NCBI GenBank assembly: GCA_013265495.1
Contig: MU057701.1
Location: forward strand, 1,426,001-1,490,000
DNA: 64,000 bases
Reading direction: 5' to 3'
DNA from: Vicugna vicugna
Lineage: Eukaryota
The notes under the pieces were generated by a model, which was not told the origin of the DNA, searched no databases, and saw nothing but the letters and a program-made list of their open reading frames with translations. Of the stretch, positions 48,501 through 62,570 are shown piece by piece. A program made the position numbers and the translations under genes. Every line of letters starts with the position of its first letter. Position 1 is the first letter of the stretch.

Positions 48501-51500
48501 ATACCACCCAGGCACTACAGTGAAGCAAACAGATAACAAATATATGTTGAATTGTTCAGCATCATCACACAACGAGGGCTACTACATAAGCGAGTCTGCA
48601 GCTAATTCAGGTGCAGCCCTAGAACTTATAACGCAGTGCCGATGGGTGAAAACCTTCTCGGCAGTTATACTCTCTTCCTTCTTAAATACCACCAACCAAA
48701 CATATTTTAGCCTTTTCTTAATTATTCTAGATTGTCAGCACCAGCTCTTGTGCGATTGCCATCTGCCTGTGAGGGTAAGAGATGGGGAGCAATTGAGGGT
48801 TGAGACAGAGTGGATAATCAGGTTTTTGAGTTTTGTTTACCTTTCGATGGTATCTTTGGCTCGCGCCAACTTCTTTAGTAAAGTGATCTTCCTTAATATT
48901 TATGTAACTCTTGTCTTTGAGATTCTTAATATGTATTTTGCTTTCTGAGCATTTAAAGGGATGTTGCTGTTCCTCAGCTTTCAAAAGAAAAAACGAATTT
49001 GGAGGCTTGGGCACCTTGCCCCACAGTTCAGATGCCCACGTAAGCCACTCCTCTGACCTGGAGAAACTGGCGGTAAGGTTGGATGACCTCCAGATGAGGC
49101 AGAAGCCTGACCGGGATGGCGACTTCAGGGAGAGGGAGCCCTGGGAGAAGGGAGCCCGTTGGCAGCAGGGCATGTTCCTGTAAAAGCACGTCCCCTCTCC
49201 CCTCCCGGCCCCTGCCAGCCGTTTTTCCTTTCTCAGGAGGGAGTTCTGTCCTCCCTGGTGTCTGGAAGGGCTTCTTCCTTGAACCCAAAGGCTTGGTATC
49301 TCCCTGCTCACAATTCTTCCCTGCGTCTGTTTCCTGCCTGTCATTGACAAGCCGGAGAAAGCAATACTGTTCAATTGTGGCCAGTCCTCTTGCTTTGCTT
49401 TTATTCCTAAGTCCTCAGTTTCCACACCACAGCTCTGTAGGTATGGTTGTGCCAACGCAGCCTGCCCTTCAGTTCCTTACGCTTTCCCATCTCTGTCCGA
49501 ATGTGAGAGAACTGCACCGAGATGTTTACATCGGCCTCTCAGAGGAGCCCAGAAAATAGAAACCCATGGTGAGATTATGGAAATCTGGTGGCATAAGATT
49601 TTCTTTCACATGAAAAAGTCAACATTCAGACCTGTGTTTCCTTCCTTTTTGGGGTGGGGGGAGCACCTTATCCCTGCTAAGCAAAGCAGTCACGGCTGAC
49701 TGCATGAGGCTCATCAGTGTATGTATGTCATTAAAATGGTCCTCGCTGCTCAGAGGAGTCATCCTGCGCTCATCAGTAACGTGCGTTTCCTTGGCACCGG
49801 CATTAAGAGAGTGACCCGTTTCATCAAAGGAATCGGCCATGGCTACTGCGTATCATCATCTTCCTCATCATCAAAGAGCACTTTATTTAAAACCATTAGA
49901 ACTGGGCTGGATAAATGTACTGATGGCTGAGACTGTGACCTTTGACTTTTTGTGGTGTTATTCCCACCCCCTTGGATCTACAGTGGGATGTCAGGAATTT
50001 TTGTCCCAGACATTATTTTAAAGACTCCACCCCGTATAATTTGCAGTGCCTTTTGGTATATTGGGTGTCTATGTAGAATCTACAAATTACATTTTGGTCT
50101 CATCCAAAAGATCCTACCCCCGTATCAGAGCAGTGTGCTGATCTCCATCTGCCTTGGCAGGACTCAAGGAGCCCTGGGCCTCAAGTAATTGAAGCTTCTG
50201 TTTCCCAGAGAACCGTGATTTACAGTAGTGGAATTACAGTGTGGGGTGCTGGGCGGAGGAGCAGAAGGGGAGGCGGAGACCTTGGTTCCGGTCCTGTGTT
50301 AACTGTCTGTGATGCGTTGGGCAACTGACCTCACCTCTCTGGGCCTTGACTTCCTCTCCTGAGAAATGAGAGGTTTGGGGAAGGTGATCTTCTTCACTTC
50401 TTTCCATCTGTGAAATTCTGAAGTTACGTATCCCAGAAGCCATAAACAGTCCCTGCTGACTGATCTGTGCTGTATGGAGCCATTTGGTCATCAGGGACTC
50501 TCCATCTAATTGGAGAGGGGAAGGTGGCCTGGCGGACAGGCCAGCAGGGAAGTGGGTAATCCCCGAATGTGCTTCAGACAATGGGGATTGGGCGAGGGGG
50601 AGTCAGTCTGGCCAGGTATCTCAACTTGAGGCATTTTTCATCGTGTTTGACTTCTATTGTAAAGGTTGGCAACATCTGGCAAGCAGAGGTGGCAATTATG
50701 TCACACATACAGTTGTTTGTAGATAATTTTTATTTAACTAGATCATTTATCCACTTTCTGCTTGACCCCTTCCGTTCCCCCCCACCCCCGTCCCCAAAAG
50801 AAATCTCTCAACAAGTATGAAGAGCTCAATTGACATTTCAGATTAGTTGCTATTATCAGGACTGAAAAATCTGGTATCTAATTGAGTCTTTTTTTCTTCC
50901 CTTGGGGTTTTTGTATGAGGGCTTCCTGATAATAGGTTTAACTGCAGATGGATGTACATACTCAAATGGATCAAATCTGGCTTTTTATACGGCTGCTAGT
51001 CCCCTTATGAATTTACAGTCTAAAACCTTTATTAATTTGTTTATGATGCTGCTCTGTTAATGTGAGTGAGCCTAATAGATTTCTCTGTTTTTTAAGACCT
51101 GAATTGCTGCTGTTTTCTCTGTAGAGATGACAACAAAGTAATGGTGGCAGTACGTGCATTCTAAATCTCAGCCACTAAATGATAGTGAAACCTTGGGTTT
51201 GGGTTTTAATATTTATAAAATGTTTGGGGACCTGAGGGATTTGATGCCACCCTAAGAACAAGGGCTTGGTTCCTTGACCATAGTGTGGTAAAGGGTTTCC
51301 CGTAGAATGTTTCATGCCTCAATGTGCTTCCTCCTTTCCTGGTGTCAGGATAAGTTGACGGCAGAGGGACCATGAAGACAAGTGGAACTGCCAGCTGCTT
51401 GAACTTAGATGCTAATTTAGCCCGGGGCTCCAGAACCAGTTTAGGGGAAGTATGTATTTACCTGTTGTGAAATTAGCTAACCTTTGCACTCAGGAATAAA

Positions 51501-54500
51501 GTGGGCCTATGAGGAACCTTTTATCCAATCCTTTAAAGGAGTAGCCTAAACCCTGAATCGTTAACTGTCTTGAGAGGTGGTGAATTACACCACACACAAG
51601 AATTGCCACAAATACTAGTTTAACACTCTTTGTGGCTTAGTTTGGAAACCACACAGTTCTGTTCAGTTAGGCCTTGCCCTTCACTGCATCCCAGCCAGAC
51701 ACCTGACTCCTATCCAAAGCAAATGTCACGGTTACCTTTATTGACCTAATATCAGGAAACGTAGCAGCTGATAGGCTGGTTGGAAGGAACTATGGTTGAT
51801 GGATTATTGCTGACCTACACACAGGTAAACAAAGCATAACCGAATTTGGCGTGATTCTATAATAGACTGAAATCGTTAAAACATAGACACAATAAAAATT
51901 CTCTCAGTATCACCAGTGTTTTAATTCTGTTCTTAATCTGTAGTCTGTTGAGTTGGGACAAATGCAGTGGGCTTCCTGTGTCACTGTACAGATGGCCGTG
52001 TAGAAGTCTCCATATTTGGAGCTGAGTACTTTACTGTTGGATCAGGTGTGTAAATGAGATGGGAGACGGGGAGCAAGGTTTCAGTAGAATGAAAGTCTTT
52101 GTTGTATTTGTCTACCCAGGCCTTTACCTAAGATACCTTCAAAGGAAGGCCTTTGGGAGGGGTGGTGTAGCCTGCCCTCCTGATGAGTGTGAGGCTGTTA
52201 CACTCACGTGGGCTTTGTTTTTCAACAAGAGACATTATGTAATGGATGTGTGCTGGCATTTACTGGGCACGGATTTCAATCTTCTGCTGCTTTAGTGAAT
52301 TCTTGATGGTTTTTTTGGCCATCATTGGGCACAATCTTCTACCGTGTGACCAAATGGCATTAGAATGACAGCGCTCTGCTTGGTAGTTTTTGAAAGCAAC
52401 CAGAATTGCAAATAGCCAGGCTTTGTTGGAGTTTATAGACTAAAGTAGATAATATGGCTGCAAATAGAATTGTAGACGTAGATGTCTCTTTATTTGAATA
52501 TCGTTTAGTACCTACCAAGGGATTATGTTACATAATACTATACAGTTGAACTGACATATTACTGTGCAGGTTGACTGGGGTTTTTTTGTTTTTTTGTTTG
52601 TTTGTTTTTGGTGAGAAGCCCTATAGGACTGGTATCCGTCATCATGGTATACCAGAAAGTGTCTTACCCATAGCTCTTAAAATCAGCTCACCCATCCTGT
52701 GGCTTTCAGCTCATTCTAGCCAGCAAAAGAATCCAGTCTATTTGCCACTAGCCCTCACCTCTATTCTTACCCATCAGAAACCACCTCCCTTACCCCATCC
52801 ACACAGGCATGTGTGCAGTCTTATTTTCTCTCCGCTTTAAGGTCCTCTGGCATTGGTACATCCGCCGGCAGAGAATGCCCTTCTCACCTCTGAGCATTAT
52901 TGCTAAGATTAATCATTATAAGCTCTGATTCCTTAGCACATTTTACTCCATCTGCAATTTATTATTCTATGTTTGATGACATGCAGTTGTAATCATTCTC
53001 AACATTTCATATGTCCTAAGTAGTAAAACAAAATACCTTGAAATTCTTTCTTTTGTAATCCTTCCCTCACTTGCGTACCTGTTTTGAGTCTGACCTGTAA
53101 TCCTGTAATGTATATATTCATGTCAACCAAAAGTTGCTTCACCATCGCTTTACCTTTGTGGCAAGCTGTCCGGTGGGTTTGAGCCCTGGCAGGGAGCCCT
53201 GCACTGCACGAGGCAGACTGGTTGTTGGTGGCAGGTTGTAGGTTCCAGGAATTAAGGCACACACTATATTGTGTAAGAATATTCTATTGGAAACATGCTA
53301 ATATCCTTGCTAGAGTTACACAAGTATTGTATTTTTAGTTTGGAGGAATGGTTTTCTTGACCTTAAATAAATAAAACTAAAGTTAGGATTATGCAATGTA
53401 ACAGTAATCCAATGAACACTGAGGAAAAATTAGTTTAAAAACAAAAAAACCCAGCCTCTCAGCAAATCCTGGAGATCGATGTGATCCTCCTAAAAGAAAA
53501 ATGTCATTTTGTTATTAGCCAGGTTATTGTATTCTCAGATTACTAGGACTATTTTGGTCTGTTGGGGGTAGGAAGGGGAGAAAATTCACAGGAAAGATTT
53601 TTATTTTAACCATTTTTACTGTTTTTACTTCCACTAAGCTAACACTACTGCACCACACACATTTAACTCCTGAAACATGTACCCTTGGGTTAGATTTCAT
53701 CAATTTGCAGGCCGCCTGAGGCGTGTATGGCTCTCCTGTTGACTGTGAGGGCTTTCTGTGTGTGTGAACGCCTTTTTCGTGGGGGCAGGATGCACAAGTT
53801 TGGGAACCTTAACCGATACTGCAAATCCTCATCACATGTGCCTCACTCTGGGAGCTGGGTGTGAGACACATTTGCATGGCCCCACTCCTTCCCTCTGACT
53901 TCCAGGTGAAAGGTCTGACCCTTGTTATTAGGTAGTCAGTTAACCCTTGGGCTAGCTCTTAAAATGTGGGTCCGAAGCCTAAGAATTGTATTTCTTTGGA
54001 AAATGCAGCCTTTCTGAAAACCCTGATGAGGAGCATGGGGCTGCCCTGTGCTCTGAGTCTTAGGGCAGTGGCCGCCTGCTTCCTGTTGCTCTTCCTCGGG
54101 GACCCGAGGGTGGGTGGAAGTGAGCAGCCACTTCAGTGATCGTCGCGGCAGCTGGAACCGAGCCCGGTGCTTTGCTGGTGGTTCTCCTCCAGCCACTGGT
54201 GAGCTGCCTCTGGCCTGACCCGTCCCAAGTACTGAGTCAGAAACTGTAAGTTTATGTTAGAGGCTGTTTCATTTGTTTTTCTGCTACCTAAACACATCCT
54301 TGTGTCCATAGTGCCTCTTCACTGAAGATATTTTCTAAACAAAGTTATTTCAGAACTCGTTTTAGAAATGGTTTTTTTCTTACTTGAAATACAAGCAGCT
54401 GAGTTAATTAATGCAGGCGCAACTAATAATTAGCTGAGTTTAGAATATTAGAGAATGAAATTGTTGGCGACTCACTACCTTTTAATCATCTCTGTATGAG

Positions 54501-55538
54501 CAGGTGGTAGCTGCTTTCATGTGTTTGTGGGAAATGCAAAGTGAGTGGTGCATTTTATGAAATGGTGTCTCTGCCGGACTTTGTGAAATCTTGCTTTATA
54601 ATCAGAACACTGAACACGAGGATCCAGCCCCAGAATTACGTTTGTTTTCACGGGAGGGCTATCAGGCTGAGCAGGGCAGCAGTAGGAATCAGCCTAAGTG
54701 AAATAAGCTGGTTTTACAGGCGCCCACTTCCCCAGCATCACCTGGCCCGAACTGACAGGCTTCATGGTCCTTGGACTGAGCATTTCCAGAATTGTTATGT
54801 CGGGGTCACCTCGTGTGAGAGGACCAAATAGCTAATGGGTGTCTAGTTTTAGGGTGGACCAGATTACCTGCCACTGCCATTCTCACCCTCCACAGTGTTA
54901 CTGTGATTGGTTTTTAGAAGTCACCGTGGGAGCCAGGAGTATATAACCCACTAATTTGAAAAATGCGTCAGATTCCAGGTAGTCAACTTGAAGCAGATCT
55001 GCAGATTTAGCACTTTCTTCCCTCTTTCAGGCTCCCTGGAAACTAGCATGCATAACTCTAGGGCCTGTTGCTGTTTCCTCCATTGCAAGGGGAAAAGGGA
55101 ACACTGATGGGGTGAAGGTGACGTGCAAGGTCATCACTGTGAAGCAGTGTTTTTAGATGTTGAGGCACAAATAGTTCTCAGCTGTGCTTGGTATCGCACA
55201 AGCCATCTAGACGCTTATTAATTCACTTGAGTTACAGCAACTGTATCTGAAGGCAGGCATTTTTGTGCTTTAAAAAAGGAGGGGGAAAATAGGCAGAGAT
55301 TTTATGATATTAATTTGCCTCATGAAAGAATAACACCGTTCAGAGTGGCTTATTCTAATGTGAAACTGTCAGGAGCTTCAAAGAAGAGAAAAATCTGTCA
55401 AGTGTGATAGGGTTTGTGACGTCACTGTGGACATTGTGATTATCTGTCAGCGCTCTCAGTTGCCAAATTTGACTTCTGGCCAAACTGGGTCTTTCTGAGA
55501 TTTTTAGAAGACTATGTTAGTTATGTGATTAGTGTTTT

Positions 55539-56334
55539 ATTTCGAGTCACCAACCAACCGTAGACAATTGCTCTTCCTGTGGTTTCCAAGATACTCAGAC
55601 GAGGCAGGTGGCTTTTGTTTCCATGCTAGTAGTGGAGCAGCACTGATATGTTTTAGTAAATATTGACCCTTTAAAATGTTAATACTATGATAGGATATAT
55701 TTGAGGGCATTTAGTTTATTATAATTGTACTGTGGGCTTTAATAACAACAGAATTCTTTTATTCTAGATGCTCACTCTTTCTATGATTCTAAACTTTTGT
55801 CCCTTGTTTAGTGGATATTAGTGATCAAAAGTGGTTGGGCTGCCTAATATCCTGAGATGGAAAGTGCTTCTGGAACTTAATGCTGCTCATTGAAGTTATT
55901 TTATTTTATTTTATGTTTTACTGGGTCACTGTTTTTTGTTAATTTCGAGTCACCAACCAACCGTAGACAATTGCTCTTCCTGTGGTTTCCAAGATACTCA
56001 GACGAGGCAGGTGGCTTTTGTTTCCATGCTAGTAGTGGAGCAGCACTGATATGTTTTAGTAAATATTGACCCTTTAAAATGTTAATACTATGATAGGATA
56101 TATTTGAGGGCATTTAGTTTATTATAATTGTACTGTGGGCTTTAATAACAACAGAATTCTTTTATTCTAGATGCTCACTCTTTCTATGATTCTAAACTTT
56201 TGTCCCTTGTTTAGTGGATATTAGTGATCAAAAGTGGTTGGGCTGCCTAATATCCTGAGATGGAAAGTGCTTCTGGAACTTAATGCTGCTCATTGAAGTT
56301 ATTTTATTTTATTTTATGTTTTACTGGGTCACTG
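55539..56334 (+). repeat. Direct tandem duplication, two 393-bp copies (55539-55931 and 55942-56334) with a 10-bp spacer
   Basis: The copies read identical by eye from atttcgagtcacc to ctgggtcactg; period 403. Confidence 0.95.
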
Positions 56335-56470
56335 GTTTATGATAAGAGGATATAATTCAGGGACAGCTAGATGGAAGAGATGCACGGGACAAGGTATGGA
56401 GAAAGGGTGTGGAGCTTCCTCTCCGTGTGCCCTCTCCGAACATACCACTCTTCCAAATCTCCACATGTTG
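56325..56470. mobile_element. MER21-like LTR fragment
   Basis: ggtttat..ggatataattcagggacagctagatggaagagatgca..caaggtatgg..ggagcttcc. Confidence 0.65.
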
Positions 56471-58178
56471 AAACAGAGCAGGATCCTGTGGGGTCTTCCC
56501 TGGTACAGGTCCTTTCCATGTCCCCCCACTTCTTGTAGGAAATAGGTGAAGCTCCTTTAAATTCCAGCTTCTCTTCCACATACTGACTTGTCCATCTCCT
56601 TTCTATTTTATAAAAAAATTCATGCACATTACGTGATCATATTACAGAAACTTTAGAAAACAGAGGAGAAAAAACTGGCTGTAATTTTGCAATATTTTCT
56701 TCATCATTTATATATATATATATGTATATGTATGTATATATTTTTAAAATAGCTTTGCGTATGTATGTGTGTTTAGGACTGTTTTAGTTGCAAGTGACAG
56801 ATATCTCGTTCTAAAACTTAAGCAAAGAGGGGATTTTGCTGCAAGGACTGAGTGTCCCTGAGCCCAAGGACAGGGGCCAGGCCTGAGGAGCAGTGGGAGC
56901 CAGGGCGCCCGCTCCCAGCCTTTCAGCCGTGTTCCTTCCCAGGCTTCTTTCTCAGTTCCTCTCTCTCATCCAGATTTGTGCACGTGGCAGAAAACATATC
57001 CACAGGAATCTCCCAAGTTTAACTTCTCACCGCTTCAACCACCCAGATTGTTCAGCCCAATTCTGATCTGATCCCAGGACCCAGTGTGCAAAATGGCTTT
57101 TCCTGGGCCACTGTTTGGCCGATAGCGGGGTTGAGGGGGTGCTCAGCAGGGGTTCCGCCTGTTGGCCCCCAGATATGCATACATCTTCCCTTTTCACATA
57201 TTCAGCCTTCAGACTGCCCCCGCTTAACATACTGGAGCCATCCCACAACAAGCTGCAGACCCTCCCCCCTCTCACTGGGGGTGGCCCCCAGTCCCCTTTA
57301 GCTGTAGCCCTCTGTGGTCTTATCACAGGGCCACTGTCCTCCCTGCCGAGTGCTCTGGGTGACATGTGTTCCTCTGGTTCAGGTGTGAGCAGGTCCAGAT
57401 GAGGCTTCACCGTCAATACTCTGGACTAAAATAATTTTAACACCCTGAAATTGTTGGTGTACGTGACCTTTGGATTCCAGCTGGGGCAGACCCCACCTAC
57501 CTTCGGGGCTTCTGTTTTCCTAACCAGGGTGTACAGAGACTGATTCCCTAGTTCCAAAGGTGGAGTTAAAAGCAGACTCTTCTTCCTCAGCCTTGAGGCT
57601 TTCCACAGAGAATAGACCCTGCAGTCAGGCTTGTGAGGGCCCTGGGCGAGCGAAGGGCAGAACGTCTCCCCCAGGCCGGACACAGGCTGAGAGGAGGTGA
57701 GCCAGGTTCTGCCTGCCAGGGGGTCTCCACCTGGGAAAAGGAACTCAGGGACTGAGTGTTTGTCCTGCCACCTCGGACTGCCCTGAGGAGACCCATCGGG
57801 CTTTCATTTTCAAGGGGTTAACTTAACTGGGCATCATGCTGGCTCTTACCAAGAGTGACCAGGTATTCTGGGGTCCGGCTCCCGTACACAAGTAACCCTC
57901 CAACCTTTATGTTTAGTGCTAAAAGCCAGCCATACTCCTGTACTTTAAAAATAGCATTTGTGCCAAAATTTGAACTGTTACATTATAAGCAAGTTGCTTT
58001 GGCCTGTGTTTAATTCAAGACCCATAGGAACCAGCTGATTGGTGGGACAGTATCGTGATGAAGGAAGAGAAGAATCTCATTTCAGAGTGGTATCGCTAAG
58101 TGGGTCCAGACCTCAAAAGGATGTTATTCTAGGAAACCATACCAGCTATTGCCTGCATGGGTGTGCGCATGCATGTGT

Positions 58179-58202
58179 ACACACACACACACACACACAC
58201 AC
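58179..58202. repeat. (AC)n microsatellite
   Basis: About 12 AC units. Confidence 0.9.
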
Positions 58203-59103
58203 GGCTGCTATCATGGGAACCGTGTGGATGAGTGTACAGTTCCTAGCGAAGGCAGAGGATAGGCAGACCAAAGAAAAAAATTCTATCCGGTATAATTATA
58301 ACCACAGTGTACATTAAATTTTGGATTCTGTATTTTTAATGTTATATATAAGCTTTTTCTATATTATGGATTTTTTTTCAAGTGATATTTTAATGTTTAC
58401 ATATAATATTCCATTGAGTGTATGTATCATAATTTATTTCAGCCATTTAGATTTAATCGGAAGTTCAGGTCTTTCCATTTTTTGTGTGTTTATAAATGGG
58501 TTGCAGTGAGTATCATTGTGCAAAGAGCTTTATCCAGTATATGGAGTTTGCATTATGTCTTTTATACATTTTATTTTATAACATGTCTCTTTTGAAATCT
58601 TTATATAATGAGAATTGTTTTTTCCAATTTTGCTTTAAACATTTTCCTCTAATTCTTTGCCTTTTAAAACTTCGTGTTTCGTAAGTATGGGTGTGTGGGG
58701 GTGAGTTAGCAGTCTTCTTTATCATGGAGTCTTGCAGGATAACCAGGTTTTCGAAATACAGCCAAGAGAAGGAAGTTGGTCAGGAAGCTGAGTGTACTTT
58801 CTCCCTCTGTTTCAGCGGAGTCTGTCCCTGGATTATTTCAGAATCCGCAGCCCTGGCATGTTAGGGCCTGTGTGCAGGAAGGATTGCTGCTTAGATAGAA
58901 TCAGGCAACCTGGGTTCCAGTCCTGACCAGCTGTTGTCCAGACATGTGCCCTTGATGGGGACTTGTGCTCTTCAGCCTGGATTTCGCCATCTGGATCTTA
59001 GAAAGACAGCTTTGGGGTAACGGGTGGGGGGCTGTCTGTGGTTGTCCACGCCCAAGGTGAAGAATCATATTGACCAGGTAGATTCTTCTACATCTCATTG
59101 CAG

Positions 59104-59224
59104 ATTTTTGGAAGCCCCAGCACTGTGACGCTTCCTGAAACCTTACTGTTTGTGTCAACCCTGGATGGAAGTTTGCATGCTGTCAGCAAGAGGACAGGCT
59201 CCATCAAATGGACTTTAAAAGAAG
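59104..59224 (+). CDS. ERN1: ERN1 exon 2, start of luminal domain [40 protein letters not shown]
   Basis: Acceptor ctcattgcag ending 59103, donor GTAATT at 59225; 121 nt; typical IRE1 motif [13 protein letters not shown]. The gene continues beyond the window. Confidence 0.96.
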
Positions 59225-61664
59225 GTAATTTGGATTTGGTCCTTGGGTGACATGGACGCTTGCTCTCAGCTGCTCCTGAGGGAACATGTTCCAGAAGAAG
59301 AGAAAAGCAGTCATATGTTATTTAATAAAATAAAGAAAGATAATGGAGGCAAGGAGAGGAGAGGAAATTGTACTCAGAGGGGTTTACAGCTTGAATTGTG
59401 ATTGCCTGCTAGGTGCATCAGTTGAAGAGGCAAGTTTTATCTTCTTTTGTTTGTTTGTTTGTTTGTTTTGCTCCTGTTCAGATTTTATGTTTAAATGGCT
59501 CTAGGCTTTTATATTAATAGTTCTGGCTGGTTGGTCTTTACGAAGACAAGCTGCATTAAATTTTTTTTTGTTAAGTTCTAATGATTAGGATCTTGTCATC
59601 GTAATTACAAGAAGGTATCTTCTCTAACCTCAAATGAGTTTACTCATTTGTTTTTATAGAGGCTGAAATAATTAAGAGCTGTAAGATTTGACATGCATCC
59701 AAGTTAGTCGCTTTATTGGCTCTTTACACTGAGGGAAGTCGAAGACTGAGCTTGTTTCTCATTTACTCCACCATGCTTCCATTTTATGATCTTGTCTTCC
59801 TGGTGATAGTTGGCAGAGTGGAGGCCCTCCAGCTGGGAAATTGTGTTCAGTTCCCAAAGTAATCTTCCCGGATAAAACCCAGGCAAATCCTGGGATTTGG
59901 GGCTTTCGGAGTCATCCCTATTACTCTGTCCTGTCATAATTCTCATTTGGTCTTAGATTCAGGTCTGACCAGTGTGTTCTCTTCCGTCACTAATCTGTGA
60001 CTCATTATTCTCCTGAGCACAGCAAGTATTTTTCCTTCATTAATAAAATGTTCCGAAACAGTACCTTAGATGGAAAAATATTGACGTATGTCAGGTCACA
60101 CATCTTCTTGTCAATTCAGCAGCAAACCTGGTTGCCATCCATAGATGACCTTAGCCGGGGTATCGCAGGCTCCCCGCCTCCGCTGCCTGGGCCGGCGTGG
60201 ATCAGCAAGAGCTTTAAGTAACGGAAAGGACCAACTCTGTCAGGAGTGAGGGGTCATGAGAAGACAGGAAGCCCGGTGGTGGCACTGCATTACTAGGCTC
60301 CCAGAATATTACCTGTCTTCTTTCTCCATCATGTTTAAGCAGAGATCTTTGTATTTCAGGATTTCTGATTTTTGTCCAAAGATGAAAATTAACAAGTCAC
60401 AAAAGAATTGAGATCAGCATTTTCACTGTTAAATGTTAGCGCTGGTCCCTCAGTATCAGTATCCCAAGCAGGGCATTTTTGCCCCAAGCCACTTCATTCT
60501 TCTGCTTTACTTTTCCCTGTGTGTATTGTTTTGTTTTTAAAAATTGTATTTATTTTTGCATATATTGTTTTAACTAGGTCTTCTCCAAGTCTAATTTAAT
60601 TTCTGCAAGTAGCTTCAGCTATATCCAGCAAAACTGTGTCCTGCCTTGTTTGTTACGTAGCCAAACATAAGAATCAATCTGTTCTTTCCTCTCACTTAGA
60701 GCTCAAAGAATTTGCCTCCTTTTAAATTTAACACGTGTTTAGAGAACTTAGTCTGTGAAAGACACTGTATGGGGCACAAACAAGGAATAGACAGCCCGTG
60801 CCCTCCAATAGGCCACAGTCTGGGAGGGAGAAATGACAAGTACACAGAACTTCAGCAGAGAGCGGCCTTGTGACCACCAGAGAGGTGCCTGGAACCGCTG
60901 TGGGCCCAGGTCAAGCTGAGGCGGTGGCTGGGGGATAGGCAGGAAAGGCTTTGCGAAGCGTTGTGTTGGAGCTGAGCCTCAGTAGGTGGACTGAATTCCA
61001 ACGGGGAGAGAGGCCTGGAAAGGAGCAAAGGAGGCACCAGGTCTAGGATGTGGGGACAGGTCCAATCTGGGAAGAGCTTAGAGATGGAGGTGGAGGGAGG
61101 GAGGCCAACGGATGCTGAGCCCTGTTGTACTTGAGTGAACAGGAGATTGGGAGCCGTTGGTGTGACTGAGCAGGTGAGTGACCCTGCTTCCAGAACAATC
61201 CAACAGCAGTGTGTGGGCCAAGAAGAGCCGGGAAGGCCAGTGAGACATGGGACAGACCTGAAAAGGGGACTGGGGAAGGGAGGGGGTGGGGAGGATGAGA
61301 GGCATGCCAGAAATAGGATCAGGAGAATCCAACAGCTGGTTCGGTGGGCAGAACAGGGAGGCTAAAGACACTTAAAGGCAGAATTAGAGAAAGCCGATTA
61401 AGGTCTAATAATTTCAAGTAATGAAATTCAGTTCACTGAAATTTTAGTATGTGCTAAGTCTCATTGTTTTTCTGAGAATAAATTGGCTTATTTTAGCTAA
61501 ATTGAGCCCTGGGTATCAGTAGCCTTGATATATATATTTCCATACAAAGATTAAAGATGGTAATAGAGACCCGGAGTTTTTGAATTTAATTTTAATCTTG
61601 CAATTATACCTAAAGATTTCTAAGCTGGTATTTCTAAACCTTTAATATGTAAATAGATTATACA

Positions 61665-62060
61665 GGTATCCAGATACTGTTCTAGGCCCTGAGGATACAG
61701 CAAAGTCCTTGCCCTCATAGAGCTTTCATTCTGTGGGGGAAGCAGTTAAGGAGGTAAATTACATAGTGGTGATAAGGGCTGTGGAGAAAGATAAAGCAGG
61801 GAAGCGGCCTGGGGAGTGCCAGGTGGCCAGCTGGGCTTGGCGTGGGCGGGGCTGCAATTTTACAGGGACAGTCCCACTGAGAAGGCCCCACTGAGAAGGC
61901 TTCAATTATTTGAGCAAGAACTCCTGGAGGCTGGGGAGTCTTTGTGCAGAAGGCAGGGGGTGGGGCGGGGCAGAGGTGGGCGCAGTGCCAGGCAGGGAGC
62001 AGGGAGCGGAAGAGCAGAGGTGAGAGCGGCTGGAGTGGGGCCAGAGGGGAGAAGTAAAAG
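61665..62060 (-). mobile_element. LINE-2 fragment, antisense
   Basis: ctgttctaggccctgaggatacagca..gtccttgccctcatagagctttcattct. Confidence 0.65.
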
Positions 62061-62119
62061 AGCTCAGAGGCCACGTGTTAGGGACTCAGTGCTCCCTTTC
62101 AGAATATATATATTTAGTT

Positions 62120-62350
62120 CTCTTTTTTTAAAGTACAGTTGGCTTACAATATTGTGTTAGTTTCAGGTATACAACATAGTGATTTGTTTTTTTTTCTTTT
62201 TGCAGATTATATTCCATTATAGGTTATTACAAAATATTGGGTATAATTCCCTGTGCTATACAGTAAACCCTTATTGCTTATCTACTTCATACATAGTAGT
62301 TTGTATCTGTTAATCCCGTACATTTGTCTCTTTCCAACTTCCTCTCCCTT
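62120..62350 (-). mobile_element. Short antisense L1 3' end
   Basis: ttacaatattgtgttagtttcaggtatacaacatagtgat..ataggttattac..ccctgtgctatacagta. Confidence 0.8.
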
Positions 62351-62439
62351 CGGAACATTTGTTGTCCCCATCACTGCCTGAAATGCAATTTATAGACAGT
62401 AACGTGCATACACACACAGTTTTAAAAAGAAATGTATTA

Positions 62440-62570
62440 GGGGGAGAGTATAGCTCAGTGGTAGAGTGTGTGCTTAGCATGCACAAGGTTCTGAGTTCAA
62501 TCCCCAGTGCCTCTGTTAAAAAACAAATAAATTAATAAACCTAATTACCTCCCCACACACACAAAAAAAG
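62440..62570 (+). mobile_element. tRNA-Ala-derived camelid SINE (vic-1 type) with perfect 16-bp TSD
   Basis: TSD aaaaagaaatgtatta at 62424-62439 and 62571-62586; A/B boxes; A-rich tail. Confidence 0.9.

Noticed and set aside
48727..49455. Longest ORF in the track (242 aa, minus strand) and overlapping ORFs
   Set aside because: No recognisable domain, antisense within ERN1 intron 1, overlapping ORFs in several frames; consistent with chance
41080..62570. tRNA-Ala-like sequences at 41080, 43672 and 62440 as tRNA genes
   Set aside because: Broken stems, A-rich tails and TSDs show they are SINEs
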